Assembly: GCA_046583355.1 (NCBI GenBank)
Contig: JAYGCM010000009.1
Location: 32,808-96,807, forward strand
DNA length: 64,000 nt
DNA from: Deltaproteobacteria bacterium
GTDB lineage: Bacteria; Desulfobacterota; Binatia; UBA12015
Reading direction: 5' to 3'
Position numbers and translations under genes: made by a program
Shown here: piece by piece, positions 61,826 to 64,000 of the stretch
Layout: each line of letters begins with the position of its first letter
How positions within the stretch are numbered: the first letter of the stretch is position 1
The notes under the pieces: generated by a model
What the model saw: the letters and a program-made list of their open reading frames with translations, nothing else
The model's database searches: none
What the model was told of the DNA's origin: nothing

Positions 61826-61968
61826 AATCAGATTCCCTTCGATTGATGAGGTCCGATCCCATCCGTGGACCCTCCTCTTGCTACACCCTCAGGGCGTGAC
61901 GAATGCCGGCGAACATGTGACAGTTGGTGTCACGATCCCGCTCAACCCGTGTTTCGCCCCGCGACACA

Positions 61969-64000
61969 ATGAAAACCATCCAGAAATCCACAAAGTTTTC
62001 CTTGACGCATCAGGGAAAGGAAAATCTGGTGATCGGTCGCGAACGCGAGCAAAGCCTGCTGGATAGTTGGCTTGATGATGCCATCTTCGGGGTGGGGGGC
62101 TTGGTTCTGATCTCCGGCGCTGGCGGTATCGGCAAGACCTGCCTGGTCCGCGAGCTTGAGCGGAAGGCGGCTGCACGCGGCGTCCAGGTCGGCCATGGCC
62201 TCCTCGAGCCCGGACCCCGCGCGGGACTGCCCGGCCCGTGGCCTCGCATTCTGCGACGCCTATCCGGTGAGGATTGTCTCGAACTCTACAAGGATTTGGC
62301 GGCCGGCGAACCCGAGGCTCCCGGCCCCCCCTCGCGCCCGGGCAGCTTCCTCTCAGGCTCGGGCCTGCGAGCAGGTCGATTGGCGACCCGTCTCATCGAT
62401 GCGCTCTCCTCGGCCGCGACCGACGCACCCCTGCTCCTTGTCTTCGATGACGCCCATTGGCTCGATCCGGCCTCGGCCGAAACACTGATGCTGGTGGCCG
62501 ATGCCGCTGAACAATTACCGATTTTACTTGTCGCGGTTGCCCGGAGCGAATCTCACGAGGCGGACCCCACCACCGAGGTCGCGCTGCGCGCCCTCAAAGC
62601 CACCGCATTCGATCGCAGGCTTGCACTCGCGCCGCTTGGCCGTGAGAGCATCGCTGAAATTCTCGGCGCGCCTCTGGTACGCCTTCTGGGCGGGGCGGCT
62701 ACGGCGGCTGCCTTGACGCTCGGCAACCCTCTGCTTGCGGCAGAGCTACGTCGCGCGAGCCGCCCGGAGACGGAGCTGCTGCGCGGCGACGCGCTGGACG
62801 TGAGCCTGTCGGGACTGGTTACCGCGAGGCTCTCCGGACTGGACGCCCGGACCCGTGAGTTCGCCGACGCCGTGGCGCTTTGCATCGATCCCGTCGATTC
62901 AGGCTTGCTGGCCGAAGTCCTCGAAGCCGACATCGCCGACATCGAAAGACAAATCTCCACACCACAATTGGCCGGCCTGATCACTCCCGCCGGCGAGGAA
63001 CTCGGGGTGCAGGTCGCACACGATCTCCTGCGCCATGCGCTCGTAGAGGCGATTCCTCCGGCCTCGCGCCGACTCCTGCATACCCGTCTCGCGAAAGCCT
63101 TCCTCGCACGCCGCGAGCGGCATATCGCGATCCCCGCCAGCACGATCGCCCACCATGCCTGCGAAGCCGTTCCAGAGTTTCCCGGGGAAAAAGCGGCCCG
63201 ATGGGCGGCCGAGGCGGCCAATGCGGCCAACGTCGCAGAGGCCTATTCTTCGGCACGGAAATGGGTCCGCCACGGGCTGCACGCCCTGGCGGTCGATGGC
63301 AGCGCAAGCGCACCAATGGTGCGGGCCTGGTTGTTGGCCGAGGGATTCGGGGCAGACACGGTCGTCGATCCCGACACGGCGTTGGCCCGCCTCCGGGAAT
63401 GTGCTGCCCTCGCGACCGAGGTCGATGTCGGCGAAAATGTGGGCCTGGTCTTCCTGCTGGTAGACATCGAGAAAGGGCGCTCGAACCAGCCGGGTCTGGT
63501 GACGGAACTTCTGATGGTCGTCGAGGCCGCCCTGCATCGCCTACCCGATGCCACGCGCCCCAGCCCAACGAATGCGCCGGACCTGGAGAACGAAGTCTCG
63601 CTGCGCATCGGCCTGCTCTGCCGTAAGGCCTCCCTCCTCGACCGGCTCCCCGATTCGTCGGTCCGAGAGCAATGCGAGCAGCTTGCGAACAAGGCATTGG
63701 TACTCAGCGCCGCCAAGGGGATCGATCGAGACAGCCGCGCGACAGCCATCGGAACCGAACTCCTTCTCAATTCCGGAGCGTTCGGGCGCCCACCAGCCGA
63801 GCGTTTGGAACTCGCTGAAGAGCTGGAGTCAATCTCTGGAACTCGCGCCGACTTCAGGCTGCTGACCAGTAGCTCCCAGGTAATCGACTATCTCGGTACC
63901 GGACGCCCCGAGGAGGCCGACCGCGCGATCGACCGATTTTCCAGGCAGGTCGCGTCGACCTCCAACCATCCGCTCTCGTGGTACACCTTCAGTCTACGAG
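61969..64000 (+). CDS. Large AAA_16/STAND-type ATPase (LuxR/MalT-like regulator N-terminus); 3' end outside window
   Basis: Not in the ORF track because it has no stop inside the window. My own translation from ATG 61969 gives MKTIQKSTKFSLTHQGKENLVIGREREQSLLDSWLDD..GGLVLISGAGGIGKTCL (Walker A) and PLLLVFDDAHWLD (Walker B), then a long helical region. In-frame TGA at 61918. Confidence 0.7.
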   Translation, partial: MKTIQKSTKFSLTHQGKENLVIGREREQSLLDSWLDDAIFGVGGLVLISGAGGIGKTCLVRELERKAAARGVQVGHGLLEPGPRAGLPGPWPRILRRLSGEDCLELYKDLAAGEPEAPGPPSRPGSFLSGSGLRAGRLATRLIDALSSAATDAPLLLVFDDAHWLDPASAETLMLVADAAEQLPILLVAVARSESHEADPTTEVALRALKATAFDRRLALAPLGRESIAEILGAPLVRLLGGAATAAALTLGNPLLAAELRRASRPETELLRGDALDVSLSGLVTARLSGLDARTREFADAVALCIDPVDSGLLAEVLEADIADIERQISTPQLAGLITPAGEELGVQVAHDLLRHALVEAIPPASRRLLHTRLAKAFLARRERHIAIPASTIAHHACEAVPEFPGEKAARWAAEAANAANVAEAYSSARKWVRHGLHALAVDGSASAPMVRAWLLAEGFGADTVVDPDTALARLRECAALATEVDVGENVGLVFLLVDIEKGRSNQPGLVTELLMVVEAALHRLPDATRPSPTNAPDLENEVSLRIGLLCRKASLLDRLPDSSVREQCEQLANKALVLSAAKGIDRDSRATAIGTELLLNSGAFGRPPAERLELAEELESISGTRADFRLLTSSSQVIDYLGTGRPEEADRAIDRFSRQVASTSNHPLSWYTFSLR

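Noticed and set aside
62553-63697. Several 200-240-aa minus-strand ORFs (62553..63230, 62899..63537, 62981..63697)
   Set aside because: They mutually overlap and are antisense to the long open STAND ATPase frame that carries Walker A and B motifs. Their translations are Arg/Pro/Ala-rich.
1-64000. rRNA, tRNA, transposase, integrase and prophage genes
   Set aside because: Intergenic regions are short. Reading them, I recognised no cloverleaf-like tRNA sequence, rRNA segment, IS terminal repeat with a transposase ORF, or phage gene. A covariance-model scan (tRNAscan-SE or Infernal) would be needed to exclude small RNAs formally.

Overview
High-G+C (by eye, not computed) bacterial chromosomal segment. 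It is most consistent with a proteobacterium, possibly a gammaproteobacterium because YghU- and YheU-type genes are present; this is low-confidence inference. About 60 protein-coding genes are densely packed on both strands, often with ATGA/4-nt start-stop overlaps. I recognised no rRNA, tRNA, CRISPR array, transposase, integrase or phage genes. Housekeeping genes: DEAD-box helicase, infC, msrA, nth, ccmABCD, H+-PPase, phoD. There is also a large, dispersed set of lipid/terpenoid-type catabolic enzymes: family III CoA-transferases, a P450, two acyl-CoA ligases, a BVMO, two LLM oxidoreductases, two SnoaL/NTF2 proteins, two acyl-CoA dehydrogenases, four SDRs, an epoxide hydrolase and GSTs. The rest comprises one two-component system, an orphan PAS/GAF kinase, a hicAB toxin-antitoxin pair and several transporters. 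Items most worth a second look: (1) a lipoprotein that fuses a planctomycete-cytochrome-like CX4CH module to a PHM/DBH-type copper-monooxygenase ligand pattern, next to a strikingly animal-like catechol O-methyltransferase; (2) an orphan class-GN-like sortase homologue with both catalytic His and Cys replaced; (3) two short intergenic repeat families, one of which supplies stop codons and C-terminal codons to several genes; (4) a visibly lower-G+C islet encoding a secreted metzincin plus an unknown secreted protein, divergent from a large STAND/AAA_16 ATPase; (5) a single-chain tandem family III CoA-transferase whose second half appears to lack the catalytic Asp. I found no clear-cut complete novel multi-gene system. 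All functional calls rest on motif recognition from memory, not database searches.
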